64,000 nt of DNA from Gammaproteobacteria bacterium (GTDB lineage: Bacteria; Pseudomonadota; Gammaproteobacteria; UBA4575), in NCBI GenBank assembly GCA_965243395.1, contig CBDEUS010000002.1, positions 928,001-992,000 of the forward strand, given 5' to 3'. Position numbers and translations under genes: made by a program. The notes beneath the pieces were generated by a model that ran no database searches, was not told the DNA's origin, and saw nothing but the letters and a program-made list of their open reading frames with translations. Shown here piece after piece: positions 22,179 to 31,711 of the stretch (the first letter of the stretch is position 1; each line of letters begins with the position of its first letter).

Positions 22179-23597
22179 ATGACATTTAATATTGGACATT
22201 TTGCAACTCGCAGAATTAAACAAGTGCATTTTGTAGGTATTGGTGGTTCTGGTATGGGTGGTATTGCTGAAGTAATGGTGAATCTTGGTTATAAAGTTTG
22301 CGGCTCTGATATTCAAGCAAACGTAATGACACAAAAGCTAAAAGAGTTAGGAGCTACAGTTTATTTTGAACATGCAGCAAATAATATAAAGGGTGCTGAT
22401 GTAGTTGTGATGTCAAGTGCAGTCAAAGATGATAATCCCGAAATAATTGCTGCAAAAGAACAGCGTATTCCTATTGTTCCTCGTGCTGAAATGTTAGCTG
22501 AGCTTATGCGATTTCGTTATGGCATTGCTATCGCTGGTACCCATGGTAAGACGACAACAACAAGTCTCGTAGCATCCATTTTGACTTCTGCAAATATGGA
22601 TCCAACATTTATTGTTGGTGGACGCATAAATAGTTTTGCAAGCCATTCAAAGTTAGGCGCAGGTCAGTATCTAGTGGCGGAGGCCGATGAAAGTGATGCA
22701 TCTTTTCTACATCTGCAGCCAATCATGTCGGTAGTTACCAATATAGATTCTGATCATCTCTCAGCTTATGACAGTGATTTTAATAAGCTACAAGATACTT
22801 TTGTAGAGTTTATACATCATTTACCGTTTTATGGAATGACAGTTTTGTGTATTGATAATGAGACAATTCGAGAATTGTTGCCAAGAATATCTCGGCCCTA
22901 TCTGACTTATGGTTTTAGTGAGGATGCGGATTATCAAATTACTGATGTAGAAATGACAGGGACAAAAACAAATTTCAAATTAAAAAATCATGAGAATAAA
23001 TTATGCATCACATTAAAATTAAACCTTCCTGGATTACATAACGTATTAAATGCAGTAGCAGCTACTATTATTGCATTACAGTTAGACGTACATGAAAAGT
23101 ATATTCAACAAGCATTAGAAAATTTCCAGGGAATTGCAAGAAGGTTTCAGTTATATCCCGACATTAGTATTAATGGGGGAAAAATTAAATTAGTAGATGA
23201 CTATGGACATCATCCAACCGAATTAGCTGCAACCATACAAGCTGCAAGGGATGCCTTTCCAAAACAGCGATTAGTTGTTTTATTTCAGCCTCATCGTTAT
23301 TCACGCACACGTGACTTATTTGATGATTTTGTGCGGGTATTAAATGAAGTTGATGCGCTCATACTGTGTGAAGTTTATGCAGCAAATGAAGATCCAATTG
23401 TGGGTGCTGACAGTGCCGCACTTTGCCGTGCTTTGCGAGCACGCGGCAAGTTAGATCCAATTTTAGTAAAGGATTTATCAGAAATTGAAAATACGTTAGA
23501 GCATGTTATACATGATAATGATGTGCTACTAACTTTAGGCGCAGGTAATGTGGGTAGCATTGCTCCTGCATTACAAGAATCATTTGCAATCCACTAA
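22179..23597 (+). CDS. murC: UDP-MurNAc:L-Ala ligase
   Basis: HFVGIGGSGM, AGTHGKTTT, EADESD, DDYGHHPTE, FQPHRYSRT. Confidence 0.97.
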   Translation: MTFNIGHFATRRIKQVHFVGIGGSGMGGIAEVMVNLGYKVCGSDIQANVMTQKLKELGATVYFEHAANNIKGADVVVMSSAVKDDNPEIIAAKEQRIPIVPRAEMLAELMRFRYGIAIAGTHGKTTTTSLVASILTSANMDPTFIVGGRINSFASHSKLGAGQYLVAEADESDASFLHLQPIMSVVTNIDSDHLSAYDSDFNKLQDTFVEFIHHLPFYGMTVLCIDNETIRELLPRISRPYLTYGFSEDADYQITDVEMTGTKTNFKLKNHENKLCITLKLNLPGLHNVLNAVAATIIALQLDVHEKYIQQALENFQGIARRFQLYPDISINGGKIKLVDDYGHHPTELAATIQAARDAFPKQRLVVLFQPHRYSRTRDLFDDFVRVLNEVDALILCEVYAANEDPIVGADSAALCRALRARGKLDPILVKDLSEIENTLEHVIHDNDVLLTLGAGNVGSIAPALQESFAIH

Positions 23598-23599
23598 TT

Positions 23600-24523
23600 A
23601 TGAACGCGGCTAAGAAGAAAAACACACAAGCGGAAATGCAAGAATATTCTGTGAGAGGGCAGCTTGAAAAAAATGTTTCTTTGGCGCGTTTCACAAGTTG
23701 GAAGGTGGGTGGTTTAGCCGATATTCTGTTTCAACCAGCCGACCTTGAAGATTTGCAACAATATTTGAGTGCTTTAGATGCTTCATTACCCATTACTTGG
23801 TTAGGCAGAGGTACCAATGTGTTGATAAGGGACGGCGGTATTCGTGGTGTAGTGATCATTATGCATAGTTGCATGAACAAATTAGTGAAGGTTGGCGATA
23901 ATTTAATTCGTGCTGAGGTGGGTGTGTCATGTGCAAAGTTAGCACGGGTTTCAGCAGAGTATGAACTGCAAGGCGCAGAATTTCTTGCGGGTATACCGGG
24001 AACCGTTGGGGGTGCGCTAGCCATGAATTCAGGCGCATATGGAAGTGAAACCTGGAGTCATGTTGTAGAAGTAGAAACATTAATGCGTAACGGTGAATTG
24101 CAAAAGCGTAAAGCTGATGATTTTGATATTGGTTACCGTTCTGTTAAAGGATTACAGGATGAATGGTTTGTAGCCGCAACATTCAAGTTTAAACAAGGTG
24201 ATGGAGCCATCGCCAAACAAACTATAAGAGAACTTTTAGATAAACGAAATACTGCACAGCCCGTTGGTGTGAATAGTTGTGGTTCTGTATTTCGTAATCC
24301 TGATAACGATTTCGCTGCACGTTTAATTGAGTCATGTAATTTAAAGGGTTTGGAAGTGGGTGGCGCACAGATTTCTACTAAGCATGCCAATTTCATTATT
24401 AATTCAGGTAACGCCAGTGCTAGCGATATTGAAAAACTTATTTTACAAGTACGAAATACTGTTGAAATGGAACAAGGAGTGTCATTGATCCCGGAAGTAA
24501 AAATCATTGGTGAGGCAGCATAA
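23600..24523 (+). CDS. murB: UDP-GlcNAc-enolpyruvate reductase
   Basis: GIPGTVGGALAMN, SCGSVFRNP, STKHANFIIN, EVKIIG. Confidence 0.95.
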   Translation: MNAAKKKNTQAEMQEYSVRGQLEKNVSLARFTSWKVGGLADILFQPADLEDLQQYLSALDASLPITWLGRGTNVLIRDGGIRGVVIIMHSCMNKLVKVGDNLIRAEVGVSCAKLARVSAEYELQGAEFLAGIPGTVGGALAMNSGAYGSETWSHVVEVETLMRNGELQKRKADDFDIGYRSVKGLQDEWFVAATFKFKQGDGAIAKQTIRELLDKRNTAQPVGVNSCGSVFRNPDNDFAARLIESCNLKGLEVGGAQISTKHANFIINSGNASASDIEKLILQVRNTVEMEQGVSLIPEVKIIGEAA

Positions 24524-25488
24524 TGGTTGCGCAAGAAAATATTTGTAACTTTGGCAAAGTTGCAGTGTTAATGGGTGGGCCCTCTGCTGAGCGAGAAATT
24601 TCACTTAAAAGTGGGGCGGCTGTATTAAATGCCTTGCAAACGGAAAACGTACAAGTGGAAGCGATTGATGTTGATAGTGATATTTTCAAAAAATTATCTA
24701 CGGGAAATTTTTCGCGTGTTTTTATAGCTCTACATGGTCCACTTGGTGAGGATGGTTGCATTCAAGGAGGGCTTGAGATGATGGGTTTACCATATAGTGG
24801 TAGCGGTGTAATGGCCTCTAGCATTTGTATGAATAAGCTGATGACTAAACAGATCTGGCAGGGCTGCAACATCCCAACCCCCAAATACGAAGTATTGAGT
24901 GAAGATATTAGTGAAGATTATTTAATTTCCAAGCTCGGATTGCCGATGATATTCAAACCGGCATCCCAAGGTTCAAGTATTGGGATGACTAAAGTTAATG
25001 CAAAAAATGAAATTGCTGCTGCGTGGGCCGATGCTTGTAAGTATGAAGAAACGGTTATTGCTGAACAGTGGATTGCGGGTAAGGAGTATACAGTTGCGAT
25101 CTTAAATGGAAGGGCACTTCCAATTATTCGCTTAGAAACCCCGAATACTTTTTATGATTATGAAGCTAAATATCAAGCTAGCGATACTGAGTATCATTGT
25201 CCCTGTGGTTTGGATGAAGAAATAGAGAAAAAAATTCAATCTCTCGCACTTCAGGCATTTAACGTAACGGAGGCATCGGGTTGGGGTCGCGTAGATGTGA
25301 TGTTAGATGATCAACAACAGCCATGGTTTTTGGAGGTCAACACTGTTCCTGGAATGACGGATCATAGCCTTGTTCCTATGGCAGCAAAAGCAGATGGCAT
25401 AAGTTTTAATGAGTTAGTAATTAAAATATTACAAACATCTTTTAAAGAAGATTCTAAGTTAACTTCTGATTTGTGTATGACTGCATGA
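24523..25488 (+). CDS. ddl: D-Ala-D-Ala ligase
   Basis: GGPSAEREIS, LHG..GEDG, GSSIG, YDYEAKY, LEVNTVPGMT. Confidence 0.96.
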   Translation: MVAQENICNFGKVAVLMGGPSAEREISLKSGAAVLNALQTENVQVEAIDVDSDIFKKLSTGNFSRVFIALHGPLGEDGCIQGGLEMMGLPYSGSGVMASSICMNKLMTKQIWQGCNIPTPKYEVLSEDISEDYLISKLGLPMIFKPASQGSSIGMTKVNAKNEIAAAWADACKYEETVIAEQWIAGKEYTVAILNGRALPIIRLETPNTFYDYEAKYQASDTEYHCPCGLDEEIEKKIQSLALQAFNVTEASGWGRVDVMLDDQQQPWFLEVNTVPGMTDHSLVPMAAKADGISFNELVIKILQTSFKEDSKLTSDLCMTA

Positions 25489-26324
25489 AACGTAAGAAAC
25501 AAGTAAGTCGAAGACGAAATACGGTCAGACGTAAAAAAATTACCGTGCAAGCATTTTCTATGCGCGATGTTTGGGATGTCGTTGTAGTGATTATGTTATT
25601 AATTGTCATTGTGTACTTTTCTACTTATGTTCGAAATAATCAGCACTTTGTTGCAGCATGGCCTTTAATTGAACATGTAAATATTAGTGGCGAAGTTGAT
25701 GCGGTTGACCTTCTGGCATTAAAAGCTATTATTCGCAACCACAGTGCAGGTGGATTTTTACACGTGCAAATGGATCAACTTGAAAAAGCACTAGAAAAAT
25801 TAACCTGGGTACATAAAGCATCTGTGCAACGATATTGGCCAGATACACTAAGTGTGAAAATTTTGCAGCATAGTCCTATTGCTCGTTGGGGCGACGAAGG
25901 ACTTATGAATGCATATGGAGATTTATTTTTTCCGACTGATGTCAATGCATATCAACATTTGCCTATGCTTTATGGTGAAGAGGTTAGAGCGAAAGATTTG
26001 GCGCGTACATTTGAAAATAGTATGCAACAGTTAGAACCACTTGGTATGAAATTGCGTGGACTATTTGAGGATGAACGTCAATCTAAACATTTAGTGTTGT
26101 CGGATGGGTTGGTGATATCGATTGGAGATGGAGAGGTTGCTAAAAAGATCGATAGATTTATTACAGCGTATGAGCAATATCTATCTACGAACATTACAGA
26201 AGTCAAAAAAATCGACTTGAGATATACCAATGGTTTGGCGATTGAATGGAAAAGCCCTCAATTCGTTCATAACTTAAATCAAAATCCATATTCAAATATT
26301 CATTCCTTGGAACCCAGTTTATGA
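25485..26324 (+). CDS. ftsQ: Cell division protein FtsQ
   Basis: Basic N-tail, TM, POTRA (WV..ASVQRYWPD), IDLRYTNGLAIEW. Start set at ATG 25485 (ATGA overlap with ddl). Confidence 0.92.
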   Translation: MKRKKQVSRRRNTVRRKKITVQAFSMRDVWDVVVVIMLLIVIVYFSTYVRNNQHFVAAWPLIEHVNISGEVDAVDLLALKAIIRNHSAGGFLHVQMDQLEKALEKLTWVHKASVQRYWPDTLSVKILQHSPIARWGDEGLMNAYGDLFFPTDVNAYQHLPMLYGEEVRAKDLARTFENSMQQLEPLGMKLRGLFEDERQSKHLVLSDGLVISIGDGEVAKKIDRFITAYEQYLSTNITEVKKIDLRYTNGLAIEWKSPQFVHNLNQNPYSNIHSLEPSL

Positions 26325-27556
26325 GTCGTAAAGTCGATAAAAGTATGATCGTTGGGTTGGATATTGGAACTTCTAAGATTACCGCCATAGTGGGCGAAGT
26401 AAACGAAGATAATCAATTAGAGATTGTTGGAATCGGTTCACATCCTTCGCGCGGCCTTAAAAAGGGTGTTGTTGTAAATATCGAGTCGACCGTACAGTCG
26501 ATCCAGCGATGTATAGAAGAAGCGGAATTAATGGCAGGTTGTCAAATTCATTCAGTATTTGCAGGAATCGCCGGTAGTCACATACGTAGTATGAATTCAC
26601 ATGGAATTGTTGCAATTAAAGATCGTGAAGTTTCCGCTAATGATGTGGAACGAGTTATTGATGCTGCAAGAGCGGTTGCGATTCCAGCGGATCAGCGTGT
26701 ATTACACGTTATGCCTCAAGAATTTGTGATTGATCAGCAAGAAGGTATTCGTGAACCGGTAGGGATGTCTGGAGTACGTCTTGAGGCAAAAGTGCATCTG
26801 GTAACAGGAGCTGAAAGCGCAGCTCAAAATATTATTAAATGTGTACGTCGATGTGGTTTGGAAGTCGACGACATTATTCTGGAGCAACTTGCATCCAGCT
26901 ATTCTGTGTTAACGGATGATGAAAAAGAGCTGGGAATTTGTTTAGTGGATATAGGAGGCGGTACAACAGACGTTGCGGTGTTTACTGAAGGTGCAATTAA
27001 GCACACTTCAGTAATTCCTATTGCAGGTGATCAAGTTACAAATGATATTGCTGTCGCTATGCGTACTCCTACTCAATATGCTGAAGAGATCAAAATTAAA
27101 TATGCTTGTGCCTTGCGACAACTTGCAAATCCCGATGACACAATTGAAGTACCCAGCGTAGGTGATCGTGAACCACGTCGGTTATCGCGACAAACGCTCG
27201 CAGAGGTAGTTGAACCACGTTATGAAGAGTTGTTGTCCTTGGTACATGCGGAATTACGTCGCAGTGGTTTTGAAGATTTAGTCGCAGCAGGTGTTGTGCT
27301 AACCGGTGGAAGCTCAAAAATGGAAGGGGTAGTTGATTTAGCGGAAGAAGTATTCCATATGCCTGTGCGTCTAGGACTACCTCAATATGTAACGGGTCTG
27401 GTAGACGTAGTGCGTAATCCAATTCATGCAACAGGTGTGGGCTTGTTGTTGTTTGGGCATAAAAATCAGCATATGGGAGAGACTTCATTATTTAGTGATT
27501 CAAATGTAGGTAGTGCATTAAAGAGGATGAAGAATTGGTTTCAGGGGAGTTTTTAG
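26321..27556 (+). CDS. ftsA: Cell division protein FtsA
   Basis: GLDIGTSK, DIGGGTTD, VLTGG, C-terminal amphipathic KNWFQGSF. Confidence 0.97.
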   Translation: MSRKVDKSMIVGLDIGTSKITAIVGEVNEDNQLEIVGIGSHPSRGLKKGVVVNIESTVQSIQRCIEEAELMAGCQIHSVFAGIAGSHIRSMNSHGIVAIKDREVSANDVERVIDAARAVAIPADQRVLHVMPQEFVIDQQEGIREPVGMSGVRLEAKVHLVTGAESAAQNIIKCVRRCGLEVDDIILEQLASSYSVLTDDEKELGICLVDIGGGTTDVAVFTEGAIKHTSVIPIAGDQVTNDIAVAMRTPTQYAEEIKIKYACALRQLANPDDTIEVPSVGDREPRRLSRQTLAEVVEPRYEELLSLVHAELRRSGFEDLVAAGVVLTGGSSKMEGVVDLAEEVFHMPVRLGLPQYVTGLVDVVRNPIHATGVGLLLFGHKNQHMGETSLFSDSNVGSALKRMKNWFQGSF

Positions 27557-27624
27557 TTGCTCGATTTAATACGGGCTCATTACTTAATTTTTAGCATGTA
27601 AATGTAAACTAGAGGAGAAGCATC

Positions 27625-28812
27625 ATGTTTGAATTAATGGACGCATACAGCCAAAGTGCTGTGATAAAGGTAATTGGTGTTGGCGGCGGTGGCGGTAATG
27701 CCGTACAGCATATGGTGAACTCAGCAATTGAAGGAGTTGACTTCGTATGTGCGAACACTGACTCGCAGGCATTAAAAAATACTAATGCCAAAACTGTGTT
27801 GCAGATGGGGAGTGAGATTACTAAAGGATTGGGCGCAGGCGCCAACCCTGTAGTGGGTCGTGAAGCGGCGATTGAAGATCGTGACCGTATTCACGATGTG
27901 ATTGCCGGTGCGGATATGTTATTCATCACGGCAGGGATGGGGGGCGGAACCGGTACGGGTGCCGCGCCTGTTGTTGCCGAGGTTGCAAAAGAATTAGGTA
28001 TCTTAACGGTGGCTGTGGTAACCAAACCTTTTCCGTTTGAAGGATCAAAACGTATGCAGATTGCGGATACCGGAATTGAAGAACTCAGTAAACATGTAGA
28101 TTCATTAATTACGATACCGAATGAAAAACTGTTAACTGTTTTAGGAAAAGATACAAATTTACTTGAAGCATTTAAATCTGCAAATGATGTATTACATGGT
28201 GCAGTTCAAGGGATCGCCGAACTTATAACTTGTCCGGGTTTAATTAATGTTGATTTTGCAGATGTGCGAACAGTAATGTCAGAAATGGGTATGGCTATGA
28301 TGGGTTCTGGATTATCTGTAGGTACTGAACGTGCTCGTGAAGCTGCAGAGTCAGCAATCTCAAGTCCATTACTTGAAGATGTAAATATTTCTGGTGCCAA
28401 AGGAATTCTGGTTAATGTTACTGCAAGTACCAGTCTCTCTATTGGAGAGTTTGAAGAAGTCGGAAACCACATCAAGGGTCTCGCTTCGGATGATGCAACA
28501 GTGGTAGTAGGTACTGTAATCGATGAATCGATGGCAGATAACCTTCGCGTTACCCTGGTGGCGACAGGAATAGGTTCGCAGAATATGGCTATACCAAGTA
28601 GACCTACTGTGAAGTTAGTGGAAACAACACCTAAGAAAATCATAGAAGATCCAGCAGTAATGGATATGGAGGAAGAGCTTGAAGCACCTGTTGCGATACG
28701 TGCCGAGAATCGTGCCAAACCCGCAATAGAGGCTAAGCCTAGCGAGAAAGATGATGACTACGATCTGGATTACTTGGATATTCCAGCTTTTTTGCGCAGA
28801 CAGGCGGATTAG
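27625..28812 (+). CDS. ftsZ: Cell division protein FtsZ
   Basis: [17 protein letters not shown] tubulin signature, INVDFAD, C-terminal [12 protein letters not shown]. Confidence 0.98.
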   Translation: MFELMDAYSQSAVIKVIGVGGGGGNAVQHMVNSAIEGVDFVCANTDSQALKNTNAKTVLQMGSEITKGLGAGANPVVGREAAIEDRDRIHDVIAGADMLFITAGMGGGTGTGAAPVVAEVAKELGILTVAVVTKPFPFEGSKRMQIADTGIEELSKHVDSLITIPNEKLLTVLGKDTNLLEAFKSANDVLHGAVQGIAELITCPGLINVDFADVRTVMSEMGMAMMGSGLSVGTERAREAAESAISSPLLEDVNISGAKGILVNVTASTSLSIGEFEEVGNHIKGLASDDATVVVGTVIDESMADNLRVTLVATGIGSQNMAIPSRPTVKLVETTPKKIIEDPAVMDMEEELEAPVAIRAENRAKPAIEAKPSEKDDDYDLDYLDIPAFLRRQAD

Positions 28813-29102
28813 GAGCCTAATCCAGAATCGTTGGTAAAACTGTTCAGATTGCTAAGTGGTTGATTTAATTTTGGTCTTTTAAGAGGTTAAAAGGAACCAA
28901 ATGTCCTATGAAGGTTCCAACCTCCTAACAGCGAAGCTGTAGGATTTATGTAATAATATCGCCACTCTTTAAGGGTGTCGTCAAATGAGCCAAATAAGGG
29001 TGTTTGTATGCCACAAGGATATGGTTATGAGCATCCAAATAGGGGTGTCCAATTAAGGCCCGTAATCAAATAGGATTAGCGATCGAATAGGACTTACGAT
29101 CC

Positions 29103-30020
29103 GTGATAAAACAAAGAACACTTAAAAATGTAATCCGCGCAACTGGCGTAGGCTTACATACGGGTAAAAAAGTTTACTTAACTTTACGACCTGCACCTAT
29201 TAACACAGGTGTAGTCTTCCGTCGTATAGACCTAGACCCTCCCGTAGAAATAAAAGCCAGTCCTGAAAACGTAGGAGATACCAGTTTATCGACTACTTTA
29301 GTAGCAGGTGATGTGCGTATATCTACTGTTGAGCACTTGCTTTCAGCTATCGCTGGTCTTGGTATTGATAATGCTTATGTAGATGTGAGTGCTGCCGAAG
29401 TTCCCATCATGGATGGCAGTGCGGGTCCATTTGTATTTCTTGTTCAGTCTGCCGGTATTATTGAACAAAATGCGCCTAAGAAATTTATTCGTATAATTAA
29501 GTCTGTTGAGATTAAAGAAGAGGATAAGTGGGCAAGATTCGATCCATTCGATGGATTCAAAGTGGGTTTCACAATCGATTTTGACCATCCGGTATTCCAA
29601 GCGGCGCCTCAAAAAGCCGAGCTCGATTTTTCTACAACTTCTTTTGTAAAAGAAGTATCCCGCTCGCGAACATTTGGCTTTATGCGAGATTTTGAAACAT
29701 TGCGTTCTAAAAATCTTGCTTTGGGAGGCAGCTTAGATAATTCTATCGCTGTTGATGATCACCGCATCCTTAATGAAGACGGCCTGCGTTACGAGGATGA
29801 GTTTGTAAAACATAAAATTCTCGATGCAATTGGTGATTTATACCTACTTGGTCATAGCTTAATCGGTGCTTTTAGTGGTTATAAATCTGGTCATGCATTG
29901 AATAATAAATTACTACGTCAACTTGTCGCGGTAACGGATGCCTGGGAAGAAGTGACTTTCGAAGATGACGCGGAAAACGTCCCGATTTTCTACAGTCGAC
30001 CTATTAGTGCAAGTGCTTAA
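29103..30020 (+). CDS. lpxC: UDP-3-O-acyl-GlcNAc deacetylase
   Basis: [33 protein letters not shown]; GTG start. Confidence 0.97.
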   Translation: MIKQRTLKNVIRATGVGLHTGKKVYLTLRPAPINTGVVFRRIDLDPPVEIKASPENVGDTSLSTTLVAGDVRISTVEHLLSAIAGLGIDNAYVDVSAAEVPIMDGSAGPFVFLVQSAGIIEQNAPKKFIRIIKSVEIKEEDKWARFDPFDGFKVGFTIDFDHPVFQAAPQKAELDFSTTSFVKEVSRSRTFGFMRDFETLRSKNLALGGSLDNSIAVDDHRILNEDGLRYEDEFVKHKILDAIGDLYLLGHSLIGAFSGYKSGHALNNKLLRQLVAVTDAWEEVTFEDDAENVPIFYSRPISASA

Positions 30021-30079
30021 GACGCGAATTTCGCGACTTATTTAATCCCTATTATTTAATCAAATCGCTCGATTAAAAA

Positions 30080-30505
30080 TTAGTCAAATTTGCCTCGGTT
30101 AGCCAGCTTTTGCATGGCTTTTTGGAGCTCTAAATCCTTGATATTACTGGCACATTGATAGATGTGATTGGCAGTATTTGAGGATAAATTTCGCGCACTC
30201 ATCGGATGGTTACCACCACTGATAACGTTACTTATTTTAACCTTTATTTGATTCAAGTATTCCTTTACAGTAAGACTTAGTTCTTGATTCAGCTGTTTGA
30301 GTATCTCGCGTTGCTGAAATCGAATAATACTAGCCCGATTGGGGTCATCTGTGATGATCGTCAGGGTGCGGTTATCGATACTAGCAACCCAACAGTGTCT
30401 GGCTAAGTCCTCAGGTAACTGCATTCTAATGCTCAGGGTGAGCCTATGTAGCAGTTTAGCCTTTTTTTGCAGATCAACACTGATGTATGAAGAGCATTTT
30501 TGCAT
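30080..30505 (-). CDS. DciA (DUF721) family helicase-loading protein
   Basis: LPEDLARHCWVASIDNRTLTI..RFQQREIL and C-terminal ELQKAMQKLA; usual opposite-strand position between lpxC and M23/secA. Confidence 0.75.
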   Translation of the reverse strand: MQKCSSYISVDLQKKAKLLHRLTLSIRMQLPEDLARHCWVASIDNRTLTIITDDPNRASIIRFQQREILKQLNQELSLTVKEYLNQIKVKISNVISGGNHPMSARNLSSNTANHIYQCASNIKDLELQKAMQKLANRGKFD

Positions 30506-30590
30506 CAGTTTTTATTACATGGAATGTAACTAATGTTGAAGCCAGCTTTATTGAACATGGACTACAGATAATAAATATAAAAAGTTTAAA

Positions 30591-31499
30591 ATGAACATTA
30601 TCATTTTCCCACGTCCGCAAACAAATCATGTCTATGCAAAACCCATGCATGGATTGAATAAGATTTCTTTGATTTTTGGAATAATTGCAGTTTCGGCGGT
30701 TTTATTGGGTGGTGGGTATTTGCTAGGTATCTCATATGGCCATAAAACGATCATAAACGAATGGAAAGCGGATGTAAGTGCTCAAAATGAGCGTCTGCAA
30801 CTAGCTAAGCGTGAGAGTGAAACTCATGTAGACGCTTTAACGACTAAAGTTGGTCTACTGCAAGCGCATATTAATCGTATTGATGCGCTAGGCAATATGT
30901 TAGTTAGCATGGCAGGTCTCGATTCAGAAGAATTTAGCTTTGATGCTACCCCAGGTGTGGGTGGTGCAGGTTCAGCAATAGAGAATGATCAGGATGTTGA
31001 TATGGAAATTGATGCTGTCCTGGCAAGACTCAATGCGGAAATTGAAAACCGTGAATATCAATTAAGTGTTTTAAATGATTTACTGATTGATGAAAAATTA
31101 GAGCAAGAAACTCGTCCGCAGGGGCGTCCAGTCATTCATGGTTGGATTTCTTCATATTTCGGCAAACGTACTAGTCCATTTTCCGGCAAGACAGAGATGC
31201 ATCGTGGTGTGGATTTTGCGGGAAAGACCGGCAATGATGTGGTATCAGTAGCCGGGGGTGTGGTAACTAAAGCAGGCAAAAAAGGGGCTTATGGTTACTT
31301 AGTTGAGGTGGATCATGGCAACGGTTATATAACTCGCTATGGCCACAATCAAATGGTATTGGTTCAGGTAGGAGAAGCAATTAAGCGCGGTCAGGTGATC
31401 GCTAAGCTGGGTAGTACCGGTCGATCTACAGGGCCACATGTGCATTTCGAAGTTATCAAAGATGGTGCACGAATCGATCCTATGAAGTTTATTGAATAG
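30591..31499 (+). CDS. M23 family metallopeptidase
   Basis: N-terminal TM, coiled coil, HRGVD, YGH, STGPHVHFEV. Confidence 0.92.
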   Translation: MNIIIFPRPQTNHVYAKPMHGLNKISLIFGIIAVSAVLLGGGYLLGISYGHKTIINEWKADVSAQNERLQLAKRESETHVDALTTKVGLLQAHINRIDALGNMLVSMAGLDSEEFSFDATPGVGGAGSAIENDQDVDMEIDAVLARLNAEIENREYQLSVLNDLLIDEKLEQETRPQGRPVIHGWISSYFGKRTSPFSGKTEMHRGVDFAGKTGNDVVSVAGGVVTKAGKKGAYGYLVEVDHGNGYITRYGHNQMVLVQVGEAIKRGQVIAKLGSTGRSTGPHVHFEVIKDGARIDPMKFIE

Positions 31500-31711
31500 G
31501 AAAAGTCCTAGAATAAATTGTATCTCTGTATCGATTGAATTATAGATAGTATCGCTTTGTTATTTCTTTCTTTAGGCTAGTGTATACTTCCCTGCTAGCT
31601 TCAAACGTAAAACTTATATTTGTTCACTAAAATTATTAGATTTGGTTCATTCTGCAATATTGTGGAAGTTGTACCGATCTTTTAACACACGTCTAGTATT
31701 AAAATTAACGT

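Noticed and set aside
23600-24523. murB inside the dcw cluster
   Set aside because: It differs from E. coli but is a widespread arrangement in other proteobacteria.
28206-28718. 170-aa antisense ORF inside ftsZ, and similar ones inside murB, ftsA, mraY, pilC, pilB and pilA
   Set aside because: Fully overlapped by conserved genes, low-complexity translations, no motifs; expected from codon bias.
28960-29100. CRISPR-like array in the ftsZ-lpxC spacer
   Set aside because: Repeats are only 9-14 nt, degenerate and irregularly spaced, with no cas genes.
31500-31711. secM-like leader peptide upstream of secA
   Set aside because: No convincing ORF with a signal peptide or arrest motif was seen in the 212-nt spacer.
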